Below, one piece after another: positions 43,717 through 52,252 of a DNA stretch of 64,000 nt. Under the pieces are notes generated by a model. That model was not told the origin of the DNA. It worked only from the letters and a program-made list of their open reading frames with translations, and did not search any database. The stretch spans positions 52,867 through 116,866 of the forward strand of contig CACZZF010000013.1 of assembly GCA_902785575.1 (NCBI GenBank), written 5' to 3'. Source of the stretch: an uncultured Bacteroidia bacterium. GTDB lineage: Bacteria > Bacteroidota > Bacteroidia > Bacteroidales > UBA932. The position numbers and the translations under genes are program-made. Every line of letters begins with the position of its first letter. Positions within the stretch are counted from its first letter, which is position 1.

Positions 43717-44714
43717 TGGGTCACGATAAACTTAGGAAATTCGCCGAGAACGAGACTTTCGCCTGCTTGCTGCAGCCGGATGCCTCAAAGGTTTTGGACA
43801 AGACTGGAGATCCTTCTGAGGGCCTGAAGCTCCATGAACATCCGATTAAAGGTCATTGGAATGAGATGATGTTCCACAATGACCAGCCGATTGTTTTGGA
43901 GCTTGGCTGCGGAAAAGGAGAGTACACTATTGATTTGTCCAGAAGAGTCTCGGAAAGGAATTATATCGGTGTGGATATCAAGGGAGCGAGACTCTGGAGA
44001 GGCGCTAAGACGGCCACTGAGGAAGGGATTGGTAATGTGGCGTTTCTGAGGACGAGGATAGAGTTTATCGAGGCGTTTTTCGGGCCTGGGGAGGTGAGTG
44101 AGATTTGGTTGACGTTTTCTGATCCGCAATTGAAGAGCGAGAACAGTCGTCTGACCAGTCCGCTTTTCCTTGAGCGTTATCGCAAGTTCCTCCGGCCCGG
44201 CGGAATCATCCACCTCAAGACCGACAGCCGTTTTCTCCATGAATATTCCAAGGCGGTTGCCCTCGAGAACGGTCTCGACATCCTCGCCGCGACAATTGAT
44301 TTATACGGTGGCAGATGTCCCTCGTGCGACGTCCGCTCCGCGGACCCCACCACCGGCTTTGCCGGCGGTCCCCCCTCTTACGTGGCCGAGGGTGGCCACG
44401 GTCTCCGAGGGACATCTGCCGCCGTAGACAAATCCTACCAAAAAGATTCCACGTTTGCCGGAGCGGACGTTGAACGGGGGGAATACTCCCTCGGAACCGT
44501 ACGTGGGAAGTATTCCCTCGGAGCGGAGTTATTCGAGGTTCAGACGTTCTATGAGCGTATGTTTCTTTCGCAGGGGTACAAGATCACGTATCTTGCGTTC
44601 ACAATCGACCATGACGGACCATATAAGCATCCAGAGACCTTCGATTCTGATTATTGGAGATCGATAGAGGGACCAAGAAGGTTCGTTCACTCACCGGCCT
44701 CTTCCCAAAGGTAA
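43716..44714 (+). CDS. trmB: tRNA (guanine46-N7)-methyltransferase carrying an in-frame repeat insertion
   Basis: LELGCGKGEYT SAM motif, plus IGVDIKG, VAFLRTRIE, WLTFSDPQLK and GIIHLKTD. The ORF is 332 aa, about 70-100 aa longer than characterised TrmB proteins. Confidence 0.85.
   Translation: MGHDKLRKFAENETFACLLQPDASKVLDKTGDPSEGLKLHEHPIKGHWNEMMFHNDQPIVLELGCGKGEYTIDLSRRVSERNYIGVDIKGARLWRGAKTATEEGIGNVAFLRTRIEFIEAFFGPGEVSEIWLTFSDPQLKSENSRLTSPLFLERYRKFLRPGGIIHLKTDSRFLHEYSKAVALENGLDILAATIDLYGGRCPSCDVRSADPTTGFAGGPPSYVAEGGHGLRGTSAAVDKSYQKDSTFAGADVERGEYSLGTVRGKYSLGAELFEVQTFYERMFLSQGYKITYLAFTIDHDGPYKHPETFDSDYWRSIEGPRRFVHSPASSQR
44310..44522. repeat. GC-rich multi-hairpin repeat element inserted in frame in trmB
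   Basis: Perfect inverted repeats at 44310-44324/44406-44420 and 44329-44340/44459-44470. 20-bp palindrome at 44381-44400. Homology to 48650-48695 in reverse orientation. Confidence 0.65.
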
Positions 44715-45988
44715 AGCCGGTCGCCTCTACGAAGCTTGCGATCACCTTTCCAGTCTTCCGGAAACGATACCGGAATAGAGCACAAATCACCCTTTCTGGC
44801 CTCTGGGACTGGCTTCAGATCGACCCTGATCTCTTCCACCCGGCCCTCATAGACCCCGGTGGTCGCCCCGATGGCGATATATTCATCACCCACTTTGAAA
44901 GATCCCGATTCGACCAGGACTTCGGCTACTCCCAGGCGGTCGAACCAATTGGTCACCTTCCCGAAATAAGTCTTCCTGCGGGAGGCGTGGCTTCCGTAGA
45001 TCTCACTCCATTCCCCGAGCTTGGCTCCTTGGTAATAGCCGTCCCAAAAACCTCTGTTGAACACTTCGGAGAGCTGTTCTTTCAGATTTGAGGCAAGCTC
45101 ATCTGTGAACGTGCCGTCGCAGACGGCGTCGGCCGCCTTCCGGTAACAAGAGGCCGTCCTCTTCACATATTCAGCGGACCGTGCCCTGCCTTCAATCTTC
45201 AGCACCCGGACTCCCGAGTCTATGATCTTGTCCATGAACTCGATGGTACAGAGATCCTTAGGGGACATTATGTACTTGTTGTCGATATTCAGTTTATATC
45301 CCGTCTCAAGGTCGGTCACTTCATAGCCACGGCGGCAGACCTGGTAGCACTCGCCTCTGTTTCCGGACTTCCCGTGGGCGTGGAGGCTTAAGTAGCACTT
45401 CCCGGAAACCGCCATACAAAGCGCCCCATGGGCGAACATCTCGATTCGCACCGGTTTCCCGGACGGCCCTGTAATATTCTCAGAGTCAATTGCTTCCTTT
45501 ATGGCTTTGACTTGCTTTAGATTTAGTTCCCTGGCTAGGACAACCACATCAGCGAACCTTGCCCAGAATCTCAAAGCCTCGATGTTGGAGACATTAAGCT
45601 GGGTCGAGGCGTGTACTTCCAGGCCGATTGCCCTGCAATAAGATATCGCGGCCATGTCAGAGGCGATTATGGCGTCCACCCCTGCGCTTTTCGCGGCATC
45701 AAGGGCTTCCCGCATCGCATCCAGATCCTCATTGTAAAGGACTATGTTAAGGGTCATATAAGTCTTGACCCCCGACTTTCGGCAGATCCTTGTGATCTCC
45801 GGAAGATCCTCAGGACAGAAATTGTTAGCCGAGTGGGAACGCATGTTTAGTCTTCCGACTCCGAAATAAACAGAGTCGGCTCCACCCTCGATCGCTGCCG
45901 CGAGGCACTCGAAATTGCCCGCCGGAGCCATTATCTCAATTACCTTCCTATCCATGGATTGCCGATTGTGCTGTGCAAAGATAGCCAT
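44687..45988 (-). CDS. Peptidase U32 family protein (RlhA/TrhP-type)
   Basis: IEIMAPAGNFE N-terminus, SVYFG, and the LSLHAHGKSGNRGECYQVCR cysteine block. An alternative start is MDRK at 45955. Confidence 0.85.
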   Translation of the reverse strand: MAIFAQHNRQSMDRKVIEIMAPAGNFECLAAAIEGGADSVYFGVGRLNMRSHSANNFCPEDLPEITRICRKSGVKTYMTLNIVLYNEDLDAMREALDAAKSAGVDAIIASDMAAISYCRAIGLEVHASTQLNVSNIEALRFWARFADVVVLARELNLKQVKAIKEAIDSENITGPSGKPVRIEMFAHGALCMAVSGKCYLSLHAHGKSGNRGECYQVCRRGYEVTDLETGYKLNIDNKYIMSPKDLCTIEFMDKIIDSGVRVLKIEGRARSAEYVKRTASCYRKAADAVCDGTFTDELASNLKEQLSEVFNRGFWDGYYQGAKLGEWSEIYGSHASRRKTYFGKVTNWFDRLGVAEVLVESGSFKVGDEYIAIGATTGVYEGRVEEIRVDLKPVPEARKGDLCSIPVSFPEDWKGDRKLRRGDRLYLWEEAGE

Positions 45989-46048
45989 TTTCGGATATTT
46001 TGGTTATATTGCGGATTAGTTGCGGAATAAGGCCGCCGTGTTAAAGTT

Positions 46049-48442
46049 ATGCGTTTAACTATCAGTATTGAATATTACACCGTTCTGGGAGAGTCCCTCT
46101 TCGTGGTTTTAGCCGACGGTAAGGAGTTTCCCATGCGTTATGTCGCTGACGGGATTTGGGCGACGGAATTCAACGTCCCCATATCGTGGAAAATCGTGGA
46201 TTATGGGTTCGTGGTTAAGAAGGATGGACAGATTGTCCGTCGCGAATGGTCCGGACATGTTTTGAATATTCCTTCGTCAAAGAAGATATCCTCTGTTGAG
46301 GTCAGGGATCGTTGGAATGAAAGACCTTCCGATGCCCCGTTCTGGACAAAAGCCTTCACGGACGTGATTTTCGGAGGAAAGGACTCGGCCGCGAAAAGGA
46401 CGACAGGAGATTCGGTTATCATGGTGGCGGCTCCGCAAGTACGTAAGGGTGAGACCCTCGCTGTGACAGGTTCTGGGGCCAAGTTCGACGACTGGAAGAG
46501 ATTTGTTCCCATGTCCAGGAAAGGTGTGATGTGGAAAGTTACTCTTGATTCCAAGGAAGTCTCTGAATATAAGTTTGTTATTATCGATTCAAAGACAGGG
46601 GATCCGATCGCTTGGGAGACTGGACGGAACCGTCGTTTCTCAGGTTATGTCGAGGATGGCTCTCTCTTGGTAGTCCGTGAAGCGGAGCCGGTTTTTGCCA
46701 GGGCTCCCTGGAGGGGGACCGGAGTAGCGATTCCGGTGTTCTCGCTTCGTTCCGAGGATAGTTTCGGTGTCGGAGAATTCAAAGACCTTAAGAAACTTGT
46801 GGATTGGGCCGTCGCTACTGGCCAGAGCGTGATCCAGATCCTTCCGATCAACGACACCACGATGTCCAGGACTTGGACGGATTCTTATCCTTACAACGCC
46901 AATTCCACCTTCGCCCTTCATCCGCAGTTCATATCCCTTCCCGAGGCCGGGGTGAAGAAGACAAAGGAATATAAAGCTCTCCAGAAAGAGCTTAACGCCC
47001 TCCCTCAGATTGATTACGAGCGTGTCAATAATGAAAAGACCCGTTTCCTGCAGGAGACTTTCAATGCTATAGGACCGGAAGTCCTTGCCAGTGAGGAATA
47101 TAAGTCATTCTTCAAGTCTAATGAGCATTGGCTTGTTCCTTATGCGGCTTTCTGTGTTCTGAGGGATCTGAACTGCACTCCGCAGTTTGGGAAATGGACT
47201 GAACTGAGTGTATATTCCCGTAGCGGTGTGGAGGCTTTCAGGAAGGTTCATGGCGAGAAGATGGATTTCTACTGCTGGGAACAGTTCTGCCTTGACACGC
47301 AGCTTAAGGATGCCGTCGATTATGCCCATTCCAGGGGTGTCGCGATTAAAGGTGACCTGCCTATCGGCATAAGCCGTGACAGTGTCGACGCATGGCAATA
47401 TCCCGAACTCTTCAATCTTGATTCCCAGGCGGGAGCACCGCCGGACGCTTTTTCCGAGGATGGTCAGAACTGGGGCTTCCCGACTTACAATTGGGAGGAG
47501 ATGTCCAAGGATGGCTATGGTTGGTGGAAGGCTCGTCTCGGGAAGATGAGCGAGTATTTCGACGCTTTCAGGATTGACCATATTCTCGGTTTCTTCCGCA
47601 TCTGGGAGATTCCTCTTGGCATAAAGTCCGGCCTTCTGGGTCATTTCAATCCGGCTCTGCCATATTCGGCGGATGAGCTTCGAGGCCGAGGTTTCAATCC
47701 CGACACTGACTTGTTCGTTCCTGATCCGCATCGTCCTGGTTGGTATCATCCTCGTATTTCCTCCCAGAAGACAGCCGCGTTCGAGGCTCTCGAGCAATGG
47801 CAGAAAGATGCCTACAACGACTTGTACAACGATTTCTTCTATCGCCGCCATAACGATTTCTGGAAGGAGACGGCTATGCGCAAACTTCCCGCCTTGCTGG
47901 ATTCAACGGGCATGCTCGCTTGCGGCGAGGACTTGGGTATGATTCCGGCTTGTGTGCCTGAGGTGATGGATGAGCTCAAGATCCTTTCGCTTGAGGTGCA
48001 GAGGATGCCGAAGTCTCCGGAGGACACTTTCGGTGATCCGGACAGATATCCGTATCTTTCCGTATGTACGACTGGATCGCATGATACTTCGTCGCTCAGG
48101 GCTTGGTGGGAGGAAGACAGAGAGCTGACTTCCAAGTATTTCCATGAGATGCTTCATTGTGAGGGGCAGGCTCCGGCGTTTTGCGAGCCTTGGATTTGTG
48201 AGTTGATTTTGAAGAATCACCTCGATTCTCCTGCGATGTTCTGCATCTTGCCGCTTCAGGATTGGTTGTCTATCGATGGTTCGGTCCGTTACCAGGGTAA
48301 TCCGGCTGACGAGAGGATCAATGTTCCGGCTAATCCTCGGCACTACTGGCGCTGGAGGATGCACACAACCCTTGAGGACTTGCTTTCCCGCACTGACTTC
48401 AACACTCGTCTCCACGACCTCATCACCACCTCCGGCCGGTAA
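46049..48442 (+). CDS. malQ: 4-alpha-glucanotransferase (GH77, amylomaltase) with N-terminal starch-binding-like domains
   Basis: GVGEFKDLKKLVDWA, ILPINDT, GDLPIGISRDSVDAW, FRIDHILGFFRIWEIP and ACGEDLGMIP motifs. Confidence 0.85.
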   Translation: MRLTISIEYYTVLGESLFVVLADGKEFPMRYVADGIWATEFNVPISWKIVDYGFVVKKDGQIVRREWSGHVLNIPSSKKISSVEVRDRWNERPSDAPFWTKAFTDVIFGGKDSAAKRTTGDSVIMVAAPQVRKGETLAVTGSGAKFDDWKRFVPMSRKGVMWKVTLDSKEVSEYKFVIIDSKTGDPIAWETGRNRRFSGYVEDGSLLVVREAEPVFARAPWRGTGVAIPVFSLRSEDSFGVGEFKDLKKLVDWAVATGQSVIQILPINDTTMSRTWTDSYPYNANSTFALHPQFISLPEAGVKKTKEYKALQKELNALPQIDYERVNNEKTRFLQETFNAIGPEVLASEEYKSFFKSNEHWLVPYAAFCVLRDLNCTPQFGKWTELSVYSRSGVEAFRKVHGEKMDFYCWEQFCLDTQLKDAVDYAHSRGVAIKGDLPIGISRDSVDAWQYPELFNLDSQAGAPPDAFSEDGQNWGFPTYNWEEMSKDGYGWWKARLGKMSEYFDAFRIDHILGFFRIWEIPLGIKSGLLGHFNPALPYSADELRGRGFNPDTDLFVPDPHRPGWYHPRISSQKTAAFEALEQWQKDAYNDLYNDFFYRRHNDFWKETAMRKLPALLDSTGMLACGEDLGMIPACVPEVMDELKILSLEVQRMPKSPEDTFGDPDRYPYLSVCTTGSHDTSSLRAWWEEDRELTSKYFHEMLHCEGQAPAFCEPWICELILKNHLDSPAMFCILPLQDWLSIDGSVRYQGNPADERINVPANPRHYWRWRMHTTLEDLLSRTDFNTRLHDLITTSGR

Positions 48443-48457
48443 TTTACCACACCTTCG

Positions 48458-48625
48458 GAGGGCATAGGCCCTGTAAGGACTCCGCTCACTTCGTTCGCTC
48501 CGGCCCCTCCCAACGCTATTTGGGCATTCGCCGTGAGCAAGCTCACGTCTCATACCCAACTATCGTTGGGCCCCTCCCCCTGCCCCTGTCCGGGGGTGGA
48601 CAGGCCTTACAGGGCCTATGCCCTC
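48458..48625. repeat. Large palindromic element 1 (perfect 21-bp terminal inverted repeat with nested hairpins)
   Basis: GAGGGCATAGGCCCTGTAAGG (48458-48478) is the exact reverse complement of 48605-48625. Inner palindromes: CCCAACG/CGTTGGG, GTGAGCAAGCTCAC, CCTGTCC/GGACAGG. Confidence 0.75.
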
Positions 48626-48634
48626 TGTTCGGTG

Positions 48635-48802
48635 TCGAAGGAAGTAGTAATGCCCGGAGGCGTGGCCCCCCTCGGCCACGGGAAGAGGGATGGGGCCCGT
48701 TGGATACGAGTTATCGCATTAGCGATGACGAAGTAGACAATGGGAGGGTACGGAGTGGAGCGAAGCGGAACGAAGCCCTCCGGGCATCACTACTTCCTCC
48801 GA
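48635..48802. repeat. Large palindromic element 2 (26-bp terminal inverted repeat, 24/26 complementary)
   Basis: 48635-48660 pairs with 48777-48802. Inner palindrome CGTGGCCCCCCTCGGCCACG (48661-48680) is 19/20 identical to the trmB insert palindrome. Confidence 0.75.
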
Positions 48803-48819
48803 CATGGCGGAGTAAGTGG

Positions 48820-48862
48820 GAGAAAAAAGATCGAGGCGTCTCTGGTGGGAGGCGCCTCGATC
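48820..48862 (-). terminator. Rho-independent terminator of the 1059-aa lipoprotein gene
   Basis: On the minus strand: GATCGAGGCGCCTC / loop CCACCA / GAGACGCCTCGATC, followed by TTTTTTCT. Starts 22 nt after the stop. Confidence 0.75.
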
Positions 48863-48883
48863 GTGGAATGGTGGAAATCAGGG

Positions 48884-51800
48884 TTAATTGATTTCGATAC
48901 TGTTAAAGCATAGCTGTCCGGCCTTTGTCTCGCCATCGGAACCATATACCGCCTTTTCACCGACAGTGAATGTGACGGACTTGGCCGATCCTGACCATGT
49001 GACAGTCGCATCTCCGGCAGTTTGCTTCGCCACAGTTCCGGTATTCGCTGTGATAGGAGCGAGTCGTTTCTTTCCTTGATTGGAAATGTTGAACACAATA
49101 CTCGTCATATTCGCTCCTGTCGTCGTGATAGTGACCGTACCCTTAGCGTAGACACGGCAATCGTTGGCGGATGCGTTTACGGCCGGGTTAGTGGAACCAT
49201 TGACTTTATCAATTGTGATGGTATAGTCACCGGCAGTCAAGGAGATTACTTTCTCCCCGATTCCTGACCAAGCGTCACTGGAATCCCAGGTGATTTTCCC
49301 GCCAGATATTGAACCGCCACTGCCACCAGGAGTGTCGCCACCAGGGGTGTCGCCGCCACCACCACCGCCTTGGCCTTCGCCGATATACTCGTAGAGGCAA
49401 GGCATCAGGGCACCACTCTGTTCTGATGCGTAAGAGCCGTAGGAGGAGTGGGAAACTGAATACTGAACGTACTTATTGACCGAAGTGTTGGTGATTGTGG
49501 CTTTCCCGTCGCTGGCGATGGAAATGGTCCAGTACTGTCCTTCAGAAGGAGAGGCGTCAACATTGAAGTTGTCGTACGTGCCCTTCTGGTACAGGAGCTT
49601 TCCGTCGGACTGCGCGATTGTGTAGCCAGTGCCAGCCGATGTGATCACATACTCGTTGCTTCTTGAAGGCATGGAGATGACACCATTATTGTCAGTGGCC
49701 TCATCCACATTTATATAACCGAAATTCTTGGTGATAGGCGAACCGACATAGGCCTTGCTACCATCCAGAGCGACGAGGATGTATGACTTACCGGAAGATA
49801 CGCTGGTGGCCTTCTGGTAGTTGTAGACAGTGGTGGATGAACTGCCGCCACTGAACGAGACGATCTCGGCATCCACAACCTCATGCTTCTTGTCCTTCTC
49901 GTAGTACTGGTACTTGCCCAGGAGAGTGACAGTGCCGCCATTCTTGATCTTGTTGGACCACTCGCTCTTGTTGGTGACGGTGTAGACGTAGATCGTGCCG
50001 GTCTCATCGGTCAGGTCGAAGCGGCAGTTGCTCTTGTTGTAATTGCTTACGGTACCGGTGAGTTTCAGTTTGATGTCAGTCCTGGCAAGGCTGATGAACT
50101 GGGCGACAGTAACATCGTCACCTTCCTTCATGGTCACGCCATTGCTGGTGAAGGAGACGGCGATGATGTTGATCGCTCCGTCAGACTCACCATAATAGAT
50201 ACCTGTCAGGTTGATGTTGTAACCATTGTAGGAGGCGAGGCCAGTGTAGTTGGCCGGCTTGTAGATGACAACTTTCTTGGTGGCGCCCTTGACAGTCAGG
50301 TTATAGTTGCCCGAGTTGTCGATTGTGAGGTCACCAGTAACCTTGACAGCGGTCGGGACACCTGTGTTGAAGGTGTTGATCTTGGAAGTGATGTCGGTCC
50401 CGGATACCTTGACGGTATTCTTTTCGGAAACGGTGGTGAATCCAGAGACGGAACCAAGGGCCGGGAGGTCGTTGAACTTGGTGGCGGTCGCATTGAACTT
50501 CACGGAGTCGCCTGCCCACTGAGGAGCATTGGAGGCATCCTGGACGAAGATGTAGCTGCCGCCTCCGGAGACGACATATCCGTCAGTCGTGACAGCGACC
50601 ATCAGTGAGGTCTTGAGCTCGATTTCCTCGCCCTCGTCAGAAGCGGCGGCTTCGGCCACATCCATCGAAGGATCACCCTCGAAGACGGCCTGATTGATTG
50701 TGCAAGTCTTTGTGATGTTGTTTCCTGAGAACTCGACCGTAGCTGTTCTCTCAGCCTCGGTCTTGTTTCGCTTGGCGGTGAAGGTGAAGATCTTCTCAGT
50801 CAAGCCCCTGGTCGCGGGGGAGACGGAGAGCCAGTCGGAACCTTCGGTCACGTTGGCCTTCACTATGATATTGGAGTTGACGACAAACGCCACAAGCTGA
50901 CGCCTTCCGTCGATGTTGACGACCTCCTTGCTGAGGATCAGCGCATCCTCGGTGACCTGGGTGATAGTCACGACGGTTCCGTCCTCGAGGGTGACTTTGG
51001 CGGACCTGCGGTCGTAAGACTCGTTCTTGGACACATTCACAACGACCTGGTCTCCGACAGAGACGATCTTGACCCAATCGGCGTCGACCTCGGCGGTGGA
51101 AGACATGATAGGGATAGTGAGGTTACCGCCCTGGTAGTCGCTGGTGTATTCAGTTTGGACGACAGGCTTGCCGGACTCATTCAACCCGATATTGATGATC
51201 TTAATGAACGAACCGCCCTTGTCGTCGGTGAGCAGGAAGAGAATCTTGGTCGGTTTGACTTTTTCGGGAGCCTTAATAGAGATTCTTCCGGTCCTGGAGT
51301 CATTCTTGTAGAACTTGACAGTCCAGCCATCACTCTCAAAGGTCTCGAGGTCAACTTTGGCGCCTTCAGGAGCTGTGATTGTGTAGGCGGTGCTGAGGAG
51401 CTCGCCGTTACGCATGGAAGCGAAGACTTTCTCGTCGAAAACGAGCTGGAGCTTCTGGGCGGCATTTGTCAGGGGAACGGTGATGACGGTGCCGTCACCG
51501 AGGGTGAAAATGGCGTTGTTGGGATCCGTGGTCACTTTCTCGAACACGCAGGTGGCGGAAGCACCCTGGCCCTCAACCTTTGTCCATGAAGCGCCATTGT
51601 CATAGGAGACCATCCACTGGTCATCCTCGATCTTGACCTGGGGAGTATTGCTTGTGGACACCTTATTGCCCTCGGCGTCAAGAAGCCATGCCCCGTTGAC
51701 AGTCCAATAGAAATTGCCGTCAGAGTCGGCCTTGGCTCCGATCACGGGAGTTGTGCCATCTTGACCGTTCTTTCCGTCTTTACCATCAACACCGTTATTG

Positions 51801-52063
51801 ATTCTGGCGGTGTTGCCGTCGGAGAAGGCGATCAGATAGCCGCTTTCGGTCTTTGTGACAGCGTTGATGGTCACTTTGGACTGTACGGCGTTGATAAGAG
51901 ACTGGAGAGATCCGATGTTGGAATTCATCGAAGCGACAGTGCTCTCAAGAGTGGCGATTTTGGCTTTCTGGGCGTTGACCTCGTCCCAGAGGCTGGTGTC
52001 GTCATACTTGCAACCTGCCAGCATACATGCGAAAGGCAGGAGTAAAAGCAGTAATTTCTTCAT
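48884..52063 (-). CDS. Large multidomain surface lipoprotein (PL29-N/DUF4988-like N-terminus, BACON-like modules, OB-fold-like cassettes, Gly-rich linker)
   Basis: Lipobox MLAGC. The N-terminal coiled-coil, GVDGKDGKNGQDG stretch and FYWTVNGAWLLD pattern resemble DUF4988. W...V.V..N....R.A.V-type BACON-like segments. Linker GQGGGGGGDTPGGDTPGGSGGS. Confidence 0.55.
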   Translation of the reverse strand: MKKLLLLLLPFACMLAGCKYDDTSLWDEVNAQKAKIATLESTVASMNSNIGSLQSLINAVQSKVTINAVTKTESGYLIAFSDGNTARINNGVDGKDGKNGQDGTTPVIGAKADSDGNFYWTVNGAWLLDAEGNKVSTSNTPQVKIEDDQWMVSYDNGASWTKVEGQGASATCVFEKVTTDPNNAIFTLGDGTVITVPLTNAAQKLQLVFDEKVFASMRNGELLSTAYTITAPEGAKVDLETFESDGWTVKFYKNDSRTGRISIKAPEKVKPTKILFLLTDDKGGSFIKIINIGLNESGKPVVQTEYTSDYQGGNLTIPIMSSTAEVDADWVKIVSVGDQVVVNVSKNESYDRRSAKVTLEDGTVVTITQVTEDALILSKEVVNIDGRRQLVAFVVNSNIIVKANVTEGSDWLSVSPATRGLTEKIFTFTAKRNKTEAERTATVEFSGNNITKTCTINQAVFEGDPSMDVAEAAASDEGEEIELKTSLMVAVTTDGYVVSGGGSYIFVQDASNAPQWAGDSVKFNATATKFNDLPALGSVSGFTTVSEKNTVKVSGTDITSKINTFNTGVPTAVKVTGDLTIDNSGNYNLTVKGATKKVVIYKPANYTGLASYNGYNINLTGIYYGESDGAINIIAVSFTSNGVTMKEGDDVTVAQFISLARTDIKLKLTGTVSNYNKSNCRFDLTDETGTIYVYTVTNKSEWSNKIKNGGTVTLLGKYQYYEKDKKHEVVDAEIVSFSGGSSSTTVYNYQKATSVSSGKSYILVALDGSKAYVGSPITKNFGYINVDEATDNNGVISMPSRSNEYVITSAGTGYTIAQSDGKLLYQKGTYDNFNVDASPSEGQYWTISIASDGKATITNTSVNKYVQYSVSHSSYGSYASEQSGALMPCLYEYIGEGQGGGGGGDTPGGDTPGGSGGSISGGKITWDSSDAWSGIGEKVISLTAGDYTITIDKVNGSTNPAVNASANDCRVYAKGTVTITTTGANMTSIVFNISNQGKKRLAPITANTGTVAKQTAGDATVTWSGSAKSVTFTVGEKAVYGSDGETKAGQLCFNSIEIN

Positions 52064-52252
52064 TTTGTAGTCGTTAAAGTTATCAGATATTGTGTGTTAT
52101 CCAGTGTAAAACGTACTAAATTAGGCAGAAACCGCGAGAGGAGCAAGCAAGGTCTCCCCTTTTGGGGAGAAAAGTTATCAACATGGGTTGTTAATAAAGT
52201 ATTACCTCCGATTAAAGTGTTATATTCGCGAGAACCTTTTTTTGAATATACC

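Noticed and set aside
47903-48891. ORFs 47903-48559 (-), 48520-48891 (+), 48533-48736 (+) and 48343-48546 (-) across the palindromic block
   Set aside because: All run through inverted repeats, so each arm generates a mirror ORF. The sequences are low-complexity Gly/Arg/Pro-rich, and there is no start or promoter context.
51700-51790. Collagen-like GVDGKDGKNGQDG stretch in the large lipoprotein
   Set aside because: There are only about 4 Gly-X-Y triplets, which is too short for a collagen triple helix. It is a common feature of the DUF4988-type N-terminal region.
52153-52170. Hairpin TCTCCCC-TTTT-GGGGAGA as a possible terminator
   Set aside because: No U-tract follows it on either strand, and it lies between divergent gene starts. 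I recorded it only as a possible leader structure.
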